DNA from: Gemmatimonadales bacterium | GTDB taxonomy: Bacteria; Gemmatimonadota; Gemmatimonadetes; Gemmatimonadales; GWC2-71-9 | Assembly (NCBI GenBank): GCA_035577525.1 | Contig: DATLVL010000323.1 | Coordinates: 1-39,743 of the forward strand | Length of the DNA: 39,743 nucleotides | Direction of reading: 5' to 3' | In this document: piece by piece, positions 33,442-39,743 of the stretch | Numbering within the stretch: position 1 is the first letter of the stretch | Layout of the letters: every line of letters begins with the position of its first letter | Translations under genes and position numbers: made by a program | Notes under the pieces: generated by a model | Databases searched by the model: none | The model's input: the letters and a program-made list of their open reading frames with translations, nothing else | Told to the model about the DNA's origin: nothing

Positions 33442-33764
33442 CAGAGCGGGATGTCCTCGTCGTCGTCGTAGTTCGAGCGCGCGTTGTCGCGCAGCCCCGC
33501 GGCGAGCTCCACCTCGGCGCTCTGCTCGGCCTGACGCCAGCGCTCCTCACGCTCGTGCGGCGGGTAGTCCAGCGCGCGCCGCACCTGCGCTGAGGGCGAC
33601 TGACGCAGCTCTTGGTGGACCAGCCGCCTGGCCGTCGCCAGTGCCGCGGCGATCGCCTCGTCGGTGTCGTCGCCGGCGAACACGGTCGCCTCGGCCACCT
33701 CCGACCCGTAATTGCCGTCGGAGACCTGCTTGCGGAACGTCACCCGCTGCTCACTCTCAGTCAT
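33441..33764 (-). CDS. 107-aa protein ending in an SSB-like acidic tail (NYDDDEDIPL)
   Basis: The ATG at 33764 has an ATGA overlap with the upstream stop. The C-terminus resembles the bacterial SSB tip DDDIPF. Confidence 0.6.
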   Translation of the reverse strand: MTESEQRVTFRKQVSDGNYGSEVAEATVFAGDDTDEAIAAALATARRLVHQELRQSPSAQVRRALDYPPHEREERWRQAEQSAEVELAAGLRDNARSNYDDDEDIPL

Positions 33765-34531
33765 ACACCGCACACTCCCTCGCACTCCTCATCGAACATC
33801 TCGAGTTGGCCGCGGTCCTGCTCGCTACGCAGATCGACCTGAATGAGAGGGACGCCGTCGCGATGGACGAAGACCTCCTGCAGACGCGTGCGGGACCGCA
33901 CGCGTCTAATCCGCTCATCGAAATCGACGGCGTCGCGCCAGGACTCCGGATCAGCGCGAATCTCGCGCCACTCGCGGTTCGTACGCAACGGGCAACCAAT
34001 ACAGGCTGACTTGCGCGGGATCGGGTACCCATGCTGCTGCAACCAGGCGACGCAGTCCGCGCGCGTCATGCGCCTGTCGATCAGCGGATAGACGTTCCTG
34101 ATGTACTGCACGTCCGAGTCGCGTACGCGCTGCCACTCATCGAGACTGATGCCGATCAGCTGCTCGACCTGGGGCTTCGTCCCGCCGTTCAACTCGAGCA
34201 CCTTCCGCCGAATCGGGCGGATTTTGTAGTTGCGCGTGCACTGGCGCTTGAGTTGCTCTAGAGCGCCGGTCGGACCGACTGAGTAAAGCGGCTGCCAGGA
34301 CATCGTCTTGTTGTCGAGCGCGTCCTGCCGAAGCGTGCCCGTCCCGACGCGATAGACGGGGATACCTGCTGCTGCCGCGTGGTCCTCGAGTCGGGCGAGA
34401 TGCTCGTACACCCACGCCGGCTCCCAGCCTGTATCAGCGAAGATCGCGGCATCCACGTCCAGCTCGCCCTCGCGCGCCATCAGCAGCAGCGTGCTGGACT
34501 GCACGCCGGCGCCGAGGCTGAGCACGCGCAT
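33761..34531 (-). CDS. PAPS reductase / DndC-IbrA-like PP-loop enzyme (256 aa)
   Basis: MRVLSLGAGVQSSTLLLM (PP-loop variant), CTRNYKIRPI, CIGCP, C-terminal ECEGVCGV. The ATG at 34531 is coupled by TGATG to the upstream gene. The track extension to 34693 is rejected. Confidence 0.8.
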   Translation of the reverse strand: MRVLSLGAGVQSSTLLLMAREGELDVDAAIFADTGWEPAWVYEHLARLEDHAAAAGIPVYRVGTGTLRQDALDNKTMSWQPLYSVGPTGALEQLKRQCTRNYKIRPIRRKVLELNGGTKPQVEQLIGISLDEWQRVRDSDVQYIRNVYPLIDRRMTRADCVAWLQQHGYPIPRKSACIGCPLRTNREWREIRADPESWRDAVDFDERIRRVRSRTRLQEVFVHRDGVPLIQVDLRSEQDRGQLEMFDEECEGVCGV

Positions 34532-34782
34532 CAGGGCCCCTTCCAGTACGCGCTCGGCTCGAGTGCCTCGAACTCGGCATCCACGCGGTCCTCGACCAGC
34601 TCGTCCAGCAGCGCCTGCAAGAGCGGCACGACCTGCTGATAGGCCGAAGCCTGCAGCGCCTCGCGGCGGCCCTCTTTCACGGCGGCGGCCCACAGCGCGC
34701 TGACCACGGCGCCGGGCACGTCGCGCAACGCTTCGGCCTCGGCCGGGTGGTAATGCAGCCAGCGGAAGTACGGGTCGCTCAC
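34531..34782 (-). CDS. Hypothetical acidic helical protein (83 aa)
   Basis: ORF with a 4-nt overlap with the RHH gene. Confidence 0.55.
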   Translation of the reverse strand: MSDPYFRWLHYHPAEAEALRDVPGAVVSALWAAAVKEGRREALQASAYQQVVPLLQALLDELVEDRVDAEFEALEPSAYWKGP

Positions 34783-34949
34783 GCGACCTCGGCGATTGGC
34801 TCAGGTTCGAGTGCTAAGCCGAGTCGGATTACCTCTTCACGGATCTTGAGGTGCAGTAGATAGCTGGCCTGCTCACGGACCGAGCGGTGATCGTTGAATG
34901 CGAGCGTGCGCAGCGGGTCCTCGTCCTCGCGTCGCACCTCCACCTGCAT
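34779..34949 (-). CDS. Ribbon-helix-helix (Arc/CopG-like) DNA-binding protein
   Basis: MQVEVRREDEDPLRTLAFNDHRSVREQASYLLHLKI fits a strand-helix-helix layout. The ATG at 34949 follows GGGGAG by 7 nt. The track start at 34967 is also possible. Confidence 0.5.
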   Translation of the reverse strand: MQVEVRREDEDPLRTLAFNDHRSVREQASYLLHLKIREEVIRLGLALEPEPIAEVA

Positions 34950-35009
34950 GCGCATGCTCCCCAGCATGCGTCCGCATCAATGGCCCCGGTGGGCCAAATC
35001 AGACCAAAT

Positions 35010-35504
35010 CTAGATTTTTCCTCGGCCCCTGTTTCTATGAGGAGAATGCCAGGTCCGATCTTCGCTCGCGTCCCACGTCGAGGGTGGCCATTGGTCGGAA
35101 CGCAGCCCGTAGCCCTTCATCGTGTTCCAGATCGTCCTGGGCATCGGCGCACCCACCGCATACAGCATTTCCCTGGTCACCCCATCGTCGTGCTCCAGGT
35201 GATTGTCGCGCCGCACGATGCGTTCGAGCCGCTGCAAATCGAGCGCGAAGCCACGGAACGTGCGGTGCTTGCTGTTTGACGGGCCATAGCCATCACGCTC
35301 GGGCATAGCCGAAAGGCCGTCGCGTGGCTTGAGTTGGAACCCGTGCGCCTGCGCCGCTTTGAGTTCCTGTTGATAGCCCGCAGCGACCGCCGAGAGCATG
35401 CGTATCCCCTCGGCCTGGGTCTTGATGACGTTGAAGAGCAGCTCTCTGACGGGATCGTCCTGCGGAAACATCGGCAGCTGCTTGCCATCGTCAGCCACCG
35501 GCAT
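35010..35504 (-). CDS. Hypothetical first gene of the leftward early operon (164 aa from MPVADDGKQ)
   Basis: GC3 bias only begins near 35504. The track ORF extends to 35687 through an AT-richer stretch with poor codon bias. The start is uncertain. Confidence 0.45.
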   Translation of the reverse strand: MPVADDGKQLPMFPQDDPVRELLFNVIKTQAEGIRMLSAVAAGYQQELKAAQAHGFQLKPRDGLSAMPERDGYGPSNSKHRTFRGFALDLQRLERIVRRDNHLEHDDGVTREMLYAVGAPMPRTIWNTMKGYGLRSDQWPPSTWDASEDRTWHSPHRNRGRGKI

Positions 35505-35748
35505 AGGCCCTGGCAGGACAAATGCGGAAACATTTGAAATTTGGCCTGTCGCCGGCAAGGGCACGATCGTCCACCCACGTACAACCCCCATGGCACCGAT
35601 GAGTTTAGAACACATGTTCCATTCACGGCTCGCGTTTGCCCGGCGGGTGCCCACGTCGTGCCCTGGCGCGACTGCCGCATGCGCCAAGTTCCCTTCACGA
35701 ATCCCTCGGTTTAGGTAAACAACACGTTAGCGCCACGTAAGCACTACC

Positions 35749-35800
35749 TGTCAATGAATGCGCCGGCGCTTGACAAATCCGCTCACCAGGCGGTACGACG
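35749..35800. promoter_or_regulatory. Divergent promoter region with two back-to-back TTGACA -35 boxes
   Basis: Plus strand: TTGACA 35771-35776, 18-nt spacer, TACGAC 35795-35800. Minus strand: TTGACA at 35749-35754 (tgtcaa on plus) with only a weak -10 candidate (TAACGT/GCTAAC). Confidence 0.35.
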
Positions 35801-35818
35801 AATAAACCTGGGCACTAC

Positions 35819-36049
35819 GTGAACGCCACTGTGCAGTCAGCGTCGCGCGTACGATCATCTTCGGACGTGCTTGTGCCACGCCTGCGAGAACAACGCTTGC
35901 GACGGGCACTCTCGCAGGACGAGCTGGCGACCTTGAGCAAGGTCTCGCGGACGACCATCATCAAGATCGAGGCAGGCCGCAACGCCTGGCCCCAGACCGT
36001 CCGCAAGCTGGCCAAGGCGCTGCGCGTCAAGCCCGAAGATTTGCAGTAG
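35819..36049 (+). CDS. XRE-family HTH regulator (Cro/antirepressor-position)
   Basis: LREQRLRRALSQDELATLSKVSRTTIIKIEAGRNAWPQTVRKLAKALRVKPEDL is a canonical HTH_3 pattern. GTG start, and the exact start is uncertain. Confidence 0.75.
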   Translation: MNATVQSASRVRSSSDVLVPRLREQRLRRALSQDELATLSKVSRTTIIKIEAGRNAWPQTVRKLAKALRVKPEDLQ

Positions 36050-36228
36050 CGGACAACTTTCCGATTTGTCCAGATTTGACCCGCCGGCAGGGGGCGAGGC
36101 ACCGCACACTGGTGGGGCATGCCCGAGTCGAAACCGCGAGTGCCACCCACGCCGACGCGCGAGGAGCTCCTGGACGAGTTGGCCAAGCTGTTGGCCGACG
36201 CTGCCAGGGAACAGGTCCTGGCAGCTCG

Positions 36229-37986
36229 TCAGGCTGGCGTCAAGACCCCGGCGAGTTCACGAAGCGAGGGTAGGTAATCGACATATACGCGTTCGGATAT
36301 GTCGGTTGCCAACGTTCGCTCGTCCCGATCGACGAACACCAGCACGTCCTTTGGAGCATCGTCTTTCGACATGGGATTCGGAAGCCGTCCCCACGGTGCC
36401 CAGTCGCTGATCCGCGGCTCATCGAGCAGACGCGCGGTGTATGAGTGGAGTCGCCACTGGCGGCCAGCGGCGAAGCCCTGGGTCTCGATCCGTACCTGAG
36501 CAAACAGCATCGAATACACGCGTCCCTGCTGCTCCGGGCGCATGTGGTCGATGACCTCGAGGGTGTTGGTCCGAAGCAGGACCTCGCATGTCCTGGCCAG
36601 CTCCTCGTCGCCGAGGCGGGCGTCCTCCTCATCAGCGACCTGGTCGCGCAGTGCAGCGATCTCGGTCTCGGTCTGAGCGATGCGGGCGATGACCGCCTTG
36701 AGCGCGCTGGCCGGCGTGTTTTCGTCAGTCAGCGAATCGCTGAGCGACATCAGCCGCTCCTGCAGAAAATCCAGGCGCTGCGCTGCTGCCGATGGAGCGT
36801 GCTCCAGAATGTGGGTACGCGCACGCGCAGCCAGGTCCTGGGCGTCGACCAGCACATTGGGGAGCTCGCGGCGCAGGACCTGCAGGACGATGCTCTCCGT
36901 GAGTATCTGGGGCGCCGGGCAGTCGAGTCCGCCGCGCCCCTTACCGCTACCCAATGCTGAGCAGGCGTACTTGCCGATGCCGTGGCTGATCATGCGCGAG
37001 CCGCATGCGACACAGTGCAGCACGCCGCTCAGGGCGTGCACGCTGCCGTTCTTCATGACGCGCGCGTTGGCCGGCTTGTCGAACTTGCGCCGCCAGCGTC
37101 GAACCTGAGCGATTGACCAGTAGGCCAACTCAGGGCAGAACTGCAGGAAGTCTTTCGGTGTGCTGGTAGCCGGATCCAACGCGAAGCGGTCCCATACGGT
37201 AGAGCGCTCCTTGAGGCCGGCGCCGAAGGTGAAGGTGCCGGTGTAGATCGTGTTCCGCAGGATGTATCTGAGCCCAAAAACGTTCCAGTGGGTGCTGGTT
37301 CCCCCGCGGCCGCGGAACCAGGGGCGGCCAGGTCCCTCGGTGTTGAGACGTCGGGCCACCTGCGCGAGCGAGTCGCACTCGTCGAATGCACGCGCGAGCG
37401 CGTCGATGACGTGCTGGTGCTCGGGGTTTTTGGCGACGTGGCTCTTACCGCGGTCGTCGGCCACGTTCCTGTAGCCGAGCGGTGTCTTCATGTAGTGCGG
37501 TTCCTGCTCCAGCTTCTTGAAGGTGCCGCTCCACAGCGTATTGCGGATGTTGCGCCAGTCGATGCCGGCGATGAAGCAGCCGAACTGGAATTGCAGCAGG
37601 TCGTCGTCGAGGCGCAGGTTGTATTCACGGTCCCAGGTCTGGAAGATGGCGTGAGCTTCGACGATGCGGCGTGCGATGGTGGCGCCATCCATCCCAAACT
37701 CGTCACGCGTGAGACGCTTGAAGTCATACGCGGCGATGCCCTGGATCTGGCCGGCTTTCAGGTCGTCGAGCATCTGCATGGCTTTCTTGCGCTTTGTCAG
37801 GTCAGCACCTGAAGTGCCCTGCTCGTCGTAGTAGCGAACCGCGTAGCCTCGCTGCTCCACGCGTGGGCCCAGGTCGTACTGCGCTTCCGATCGGTAGTTG
37901 CCGACTTGCTTGGCGGTCGAGTTGCGGACCAGCACACCGATGGTTTTCACAGCTCGACCGTCGGCCGCCGGTTGTACAGTAGGCAT
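36229..37986 (-). CDS. int: Large serine recombinase (integrase)
   Basis: 585 aa. N-terminal resolvase catalytic domain (IGVLVRNSTAKQ), recombinase domain, zinc ribbon (CVACGSRM...KYAC) and a C-terminal coiled coil. Confidence 0.9.
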   Translation of the reverse strand: MPTVQPAADGRAVKTIGVLVRNSTAKQVGNYRSEAQYDLGPRVEQRGYAVRYYDEQGTSGADLTKRKKAMQMLDDLKAGQIQGIAAYDFKRLTRDEFGMDGATIARRIVEAHAIFQTWDREYNLRLDDDLLQFQFGCFIAGIDWRNIRNTLWSGTFKKLEQEPHYMKTPLGYRNVADDRGKSHVAKNPEHQHVIDALARAFDECDSLAQVARRLNTEGPGRPWFRGRGGTSTHWNVFGLRYILRNTIYTGTFTFGAGLKERSTVWDRFALDPATSTPKDFLQFCPELAYWSIAQVRRWRRKFDKPANARVMKNGSVHALSGVLHCVACGSRMISHGIGKYACSALGSGKGRGGLDCPAPQILTESIVLQVLRRELPNVLVDAQDLAARARTHILEHAPSAAAQRLDFLQERLMSLSDSLTDENTPASALKAVIARIAQTETEIAALRDQVADEEDARLGDEELARTCEVLLRTNTLEVIDHMRPEQQGRVYSMLFAQVRIETQGFAAGRQWRLHSYTARLLDEPRISDWAPWGRLPNPMSKDDAPKDVLVFVDRDERTLATDISERVYVDYLPSLRELAGVLTPA

Positions 37987-38028
37987 TGCAGGTCTATCAG
38001 TCCTTTCACACTCCTACGATCTGCCACT

Positions 38029-38071
38029 GCCCCGGCTGTTTTAGACTCGCAGCGCGGGGCAACCTTTTTTT
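38029..38071 (+). terminator. Intrinsic-terminator-like hairpin followed by T7 on the plus strand, between int and the repressor-like gene
   Basis: gccccggctg / 11-nt loop / cagcgcggggc (one bulge), then caacc and TTTTTTT (38065-38071). Confidence 0.4.
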
Positions 38072-38294
38072 ACTCGGTCGTGAGCTGGACGGGATCGACA
38101 GCCAGCGCGCGCGCGAGCTTGCGGATGGTAGGCGGGTGTGGCTGGTGGTCGCCGGCTTCGATCTTGAGTAGCGTGCTTCTGCTGATGCCCGCGCGCGTGG
38201 CGAGCTCGTCCTGGGTCCAGGCCTGCCGCAGTCGGTAGCGTCGGACCTGTCGGCCGAGCGTACTCGCCGTCTCTTTGGTGTCCATCATGTGCAT
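38070..38294 (-). CDS. XRE-family HTH regulator, CI-like repressor candidate
   Basis: LGRQVRRYRLRQAWTQDELATRAGISRSTLLKIEAGDHQPHPPTIRKLARAL. I prefer the ATG cluster at 38294/38288/38285, because a plus-strand promoter occupies the longer track ORF region up to 38351. Confidence 0.75.
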   Translation of the reverse strand: MHMMDTKETASTLGRQVRRYRLRQAWTQDELATRAGISRSTLLKIEAGDHQPHPPTIRKLARALAVDPVQLTTE

Positions 38295-38331
38295 AGTATA
38301 GGTTGCACGCGTGTGGCGTGGCGAGTATGAT
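38295..38331. promoter_or_regulatory. Overlapping divergent promoters (genetic switch)
   Basis: Plus strand: TTGCAC 38303-38308, 17-nt spacer, TATGAT 38326-38331. Minus strand: TCGCCA (38319-38324), 18-nt spacer, TATACT (38295-38300) abutting the ATG cluster, which implies a leaderless repressor mRNA. Confidence 0.45.
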
Positions 38332-38421
38332 CTGAGGCGTGGCTCGGACAAGCGGACCCGCCCGTAGTGTCACCTGCGAGCGGGCCCTCGAGCCAACACC
38401 TGCATCAGAGGTGAAGACTCG

Positions 38422-38778
38422 ATGAACAGCGTACCCCTCAAGCGTTTGACCAGTTTCGAGTTCGCCGTCGGCATCGGCTATCTCGAGGTCTGGGTCAACC
38501 CCGCGACCGTGGCCTACGTCCAGCCGCGGCGCCAGTACGACTCGAAGTCGGACCGCCACTCGTTCAACGGCTCGCTGATCTACTTCCAGCAGGAAGCCGG
38601 CGTGCTCGCGGTGCGCGACGAGATTGGCTACGTGGTGGCCACGCTCCAGAGCGGCAAGGGCGGCGTGTGCCGCGACTGCTACCAGATCCTCGAGGAGGCA
38701 TGGGCGACGCTCTGCAGCGACTGCTGCCGCACACGCCACAAGGGCGTGCATCCTGACCCCGAGGAGGTGCCGGCGTGA
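38422..38778 (+). CDS. Hypothetical first gene of the rightward operon (118 aa, C-terminal CxxC...CxxCC)
   Basis: ATG preceded by GAGGTGA at 7 nt. Confidence 0.6.
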   Translation: MNSVPLKRLTSFEFAVGIGYLEVWVNPATVAYVQPRRQYDSKSDRHSFNGSLIYFQQEAGVLAVRDEIGYVVATLQSGKGGVCRDCYQILEEAWATLCSDCCRTRHKGVHPDPEEVPA

Positions 38779-39065
38779 TGGGCGGCCAGCAGGCCGACCT
38801 GTGGGCCGACCTGGAGGAGACATTCCTCCAGCCACCACCATTGCAGGCCGGTGACGCCACGCCCTCGGGCGTGGTCCTGCAGCCGGGCGAGCCGCAGAGC
38901 TCGGTCGAAATCACCGACAGCGCCTCGGGTCCGCGGCTCACGATCAAGTGCTACGACCACGATGCGCGCCAGGCGATGCACTCGGCGATCGCGCTCTACC
39001 GCGAGACGCGCCACCAGCTCGGCCTGGACGACACGCCCCAGTTGCGCGTGGCGGACCGGCGGTGA
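38775..39065 (+). CDS. Hypothetical protein (96 aa)
   Basis: ORF with a 4-nt overlap with the upstream gene. Confidence 0.55.
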   Translation: MMGGQQADLWADLEETFLQPPPLQAGDATPSGVVLQPGEPQSSVEITDSASGPRLTIKCYDHDARQAMHSAIALYRETRHQLGLDDTPQLRVADRR

Positions 39066-39463
39066 TCGCCAGTAACGGCGGTTCGGGCGAGCACGTCTAC
39101 CCGAACGTCGTCGAGGGTGTCGTCGAAGCCATCAACGAGCGCGGCGTCCGCATCGACGGCGAGTGGCTCAACATCTCGAAGTTCCATCCAGTCGCACTAC
39201 CGGAAGTTGGCCAGCTGGTGCGGATCAAGGTCCAGCCGAAGGGCTTCATCAATAGCCTGGAGGTCGTCAAAGCCTTGAACGGCGCTACTGGCCCAGCGGC
39301 CACACCGACCGACCGCGACCAACGCATTGCTCGCCTGGCCGTGCTCAAGGCCGCGGCCAACTTCCTGGGCGAGATGTCCCATACGCACCCGGACGTCCGC
39401 AGCGAGCACGTCCTGGTGCTGGCCGACAAATGGGTGGCGTGGGTGAATGATGATGCTGACTAG
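39062..39463 (+). CDS. Hypothetical protein (133 aa), possibly an OB-like N-terminal half
   Basis: The GTG at 39062 overlaps the upstream stop (GTGA). The track ORF 38948-39463 has the same frame with an implausible upstream extension. Confidence 0.5.
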   Translation: MIASNGGSGEHVYPNVVEGVVEAINERGVRIDGEWLNISKFHPVALPEVGQLVRIKVQPKGFINSLEVVKALNGATGPAATPTDRDQRIARLAVLKAAANFLGEMSHTHPDVRSEHVLVLADKWVAWVNDDAD

Positions 39464-39611
39464 CGTGCCCCGCTGGTTGGGCATCTTCGCCATTCTGTCG
39501 TTCGCTGGTGTTGCCATCCTCGGACTGGAAAAGCACTGGAGCGACGGAGACTTCGTAGTCGGGTTCGCCCTGTGGGCCGCCCTGGTGATATTCCTCGGAT
39601 GGAAACACTGA
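39447..39611 (+). CDS. 54-aa membrane protein with 2 TM helices (MMMLTSVPRWLGIFAILSFAGVAILGLEKHWSDGDFVVGFALWAALVIFLGWKH)
   Basis: Hand-translated and below the cutoff. It overlaps the upstream gene end and stops 13 nt before the repeat. Confidence 0.4.
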   Translation: MMMLTSVPRWLGIFAILSFAGVAILGLEKHWSDGDFVVGFALWAALVIFLGWKH

Positions 39612-39623
39612 TTACTTGAGGGA

Positions 39624-39743
39624 TCTAATGGTGCATAAGTCGGCCAAATGTAAGGGCTGCCCACACACAAGCGAGACAGGCACACGAGACGGACAACACT
39701 GGCGGTGCGATGGGTGCGGGCGATTGACTCCGCGTCCGCAAGT
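39624..39743. repeat. Right copy of the 120-bp exact direct repeat, truncated by the window end
   Basis: Identical to 446-565. Confidence 0.95.
39628..39743 (+). CDS. Second copy (5' part) of the zinc-ribbon protein gene, truncated by the window end
   Basis: Same ATG context as 450. GAGGGA sits 4-5 nt upstream. Confidence 0.5.
   Translation, partial: MVHKSAKCKGCPHTSETGTRDGQHWRCDGCGRLTPRPQ

Larger units (their letters stand above)
446..39623. mobile_element. Temperate phage genome unit of 39,178 bp (circular, terminally redundant, or prophage bounded by the 120-bp repeat)
   Basis: Contains terminase, portal, capsid, tail, lysis, RecT, serine integrase and repressor-like genes. An exact repeat at 446-565 and 39624-39743 defines the period. 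Confidence 0.8.

Noticed and set aside
34532-34693. N-terminal 54-aa extension of the PAPS-reductase-like ORF (track start 34693)
   Set aside because: The extension is Arg/Gly-rich and overlaps the 83-aa gene. The PP-loop motif begins right after the internal ATG at 34531, which is coupled by TGATG to the upstream stop.
34531-34967. RHH gene plus the downstream 83-aa gene as a toxin-antitoxin pair
   Set aside because: The gene order and 4-nt overlap fit. However, the 83-aa protein is acidic and helical with no toxin-like motif (no RelE/ParE/PIN/Doc signature). It is treated as a regulator plus an unknown.
1-39743. CRISPR arrays, tRNA/rRNA genes and IS/transposase genes
   Set aside because: There are no regularly spaced short repeats, no tRNA-like structures in the intergenic regions I inspected, and no transposase-like ORFs. 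The only recombinase is the large serine integrase.

Overview
The window is GC-rich, has strong GC3 bias, and is almost entirely one temperate phage genome. Most genes lie on the minus strand and are packed tightly, with many TGATG/ATGA stop-start overlaps. Order on the minus strand, from high to low coordinates: (1) a lysogeny/switch region with two XRE-type HTH regulators and a large serine recombinase; (2) an early operon with an RHH protein, a PAPS-reductase-like PP-loop enzyme, a protein ending in an SSB-like acidic tail, a secreted lysozyme-like protein, a TGT/DpdA-like minimal barrel, RecT, HNH and a putative replication organiser carrying iteron-like repeats; (3) a late operon with small and large terminase, portal, a giant 2838-aa SLT-plus-cysteine-peptidase protein, two low-complexity proteins, scaffold and major capsid protein; (4) about 12 virion or tail genes, including a repeat-bearing tail protein and a fibre; (5) a cysteine-peptidase endolysin and two small holin-like membrane proteins. 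A short plus-strand operon (38422-39611) continues across the window end. The last 120 bp (39624-39743) are identical to 446-565, so 446-39623 forms a 39,178-bp unit that closes on itself. Bases 1-445 are a different, phage-like flank. I saw no tRNA, rRNA, CRISPR array, reverse transcriptase, tail tube, tape measure in a tail position, or replicative polymerase. The most interesting candidates are a possible DNA-hypermodification pair (TGT/DpdA-like plus PAPS-reductase-like), the giant head-module protein with its two partner proteins, and the repeat architecture at the genome junction. All functional calls come from motif recognition by eye, with no database search.
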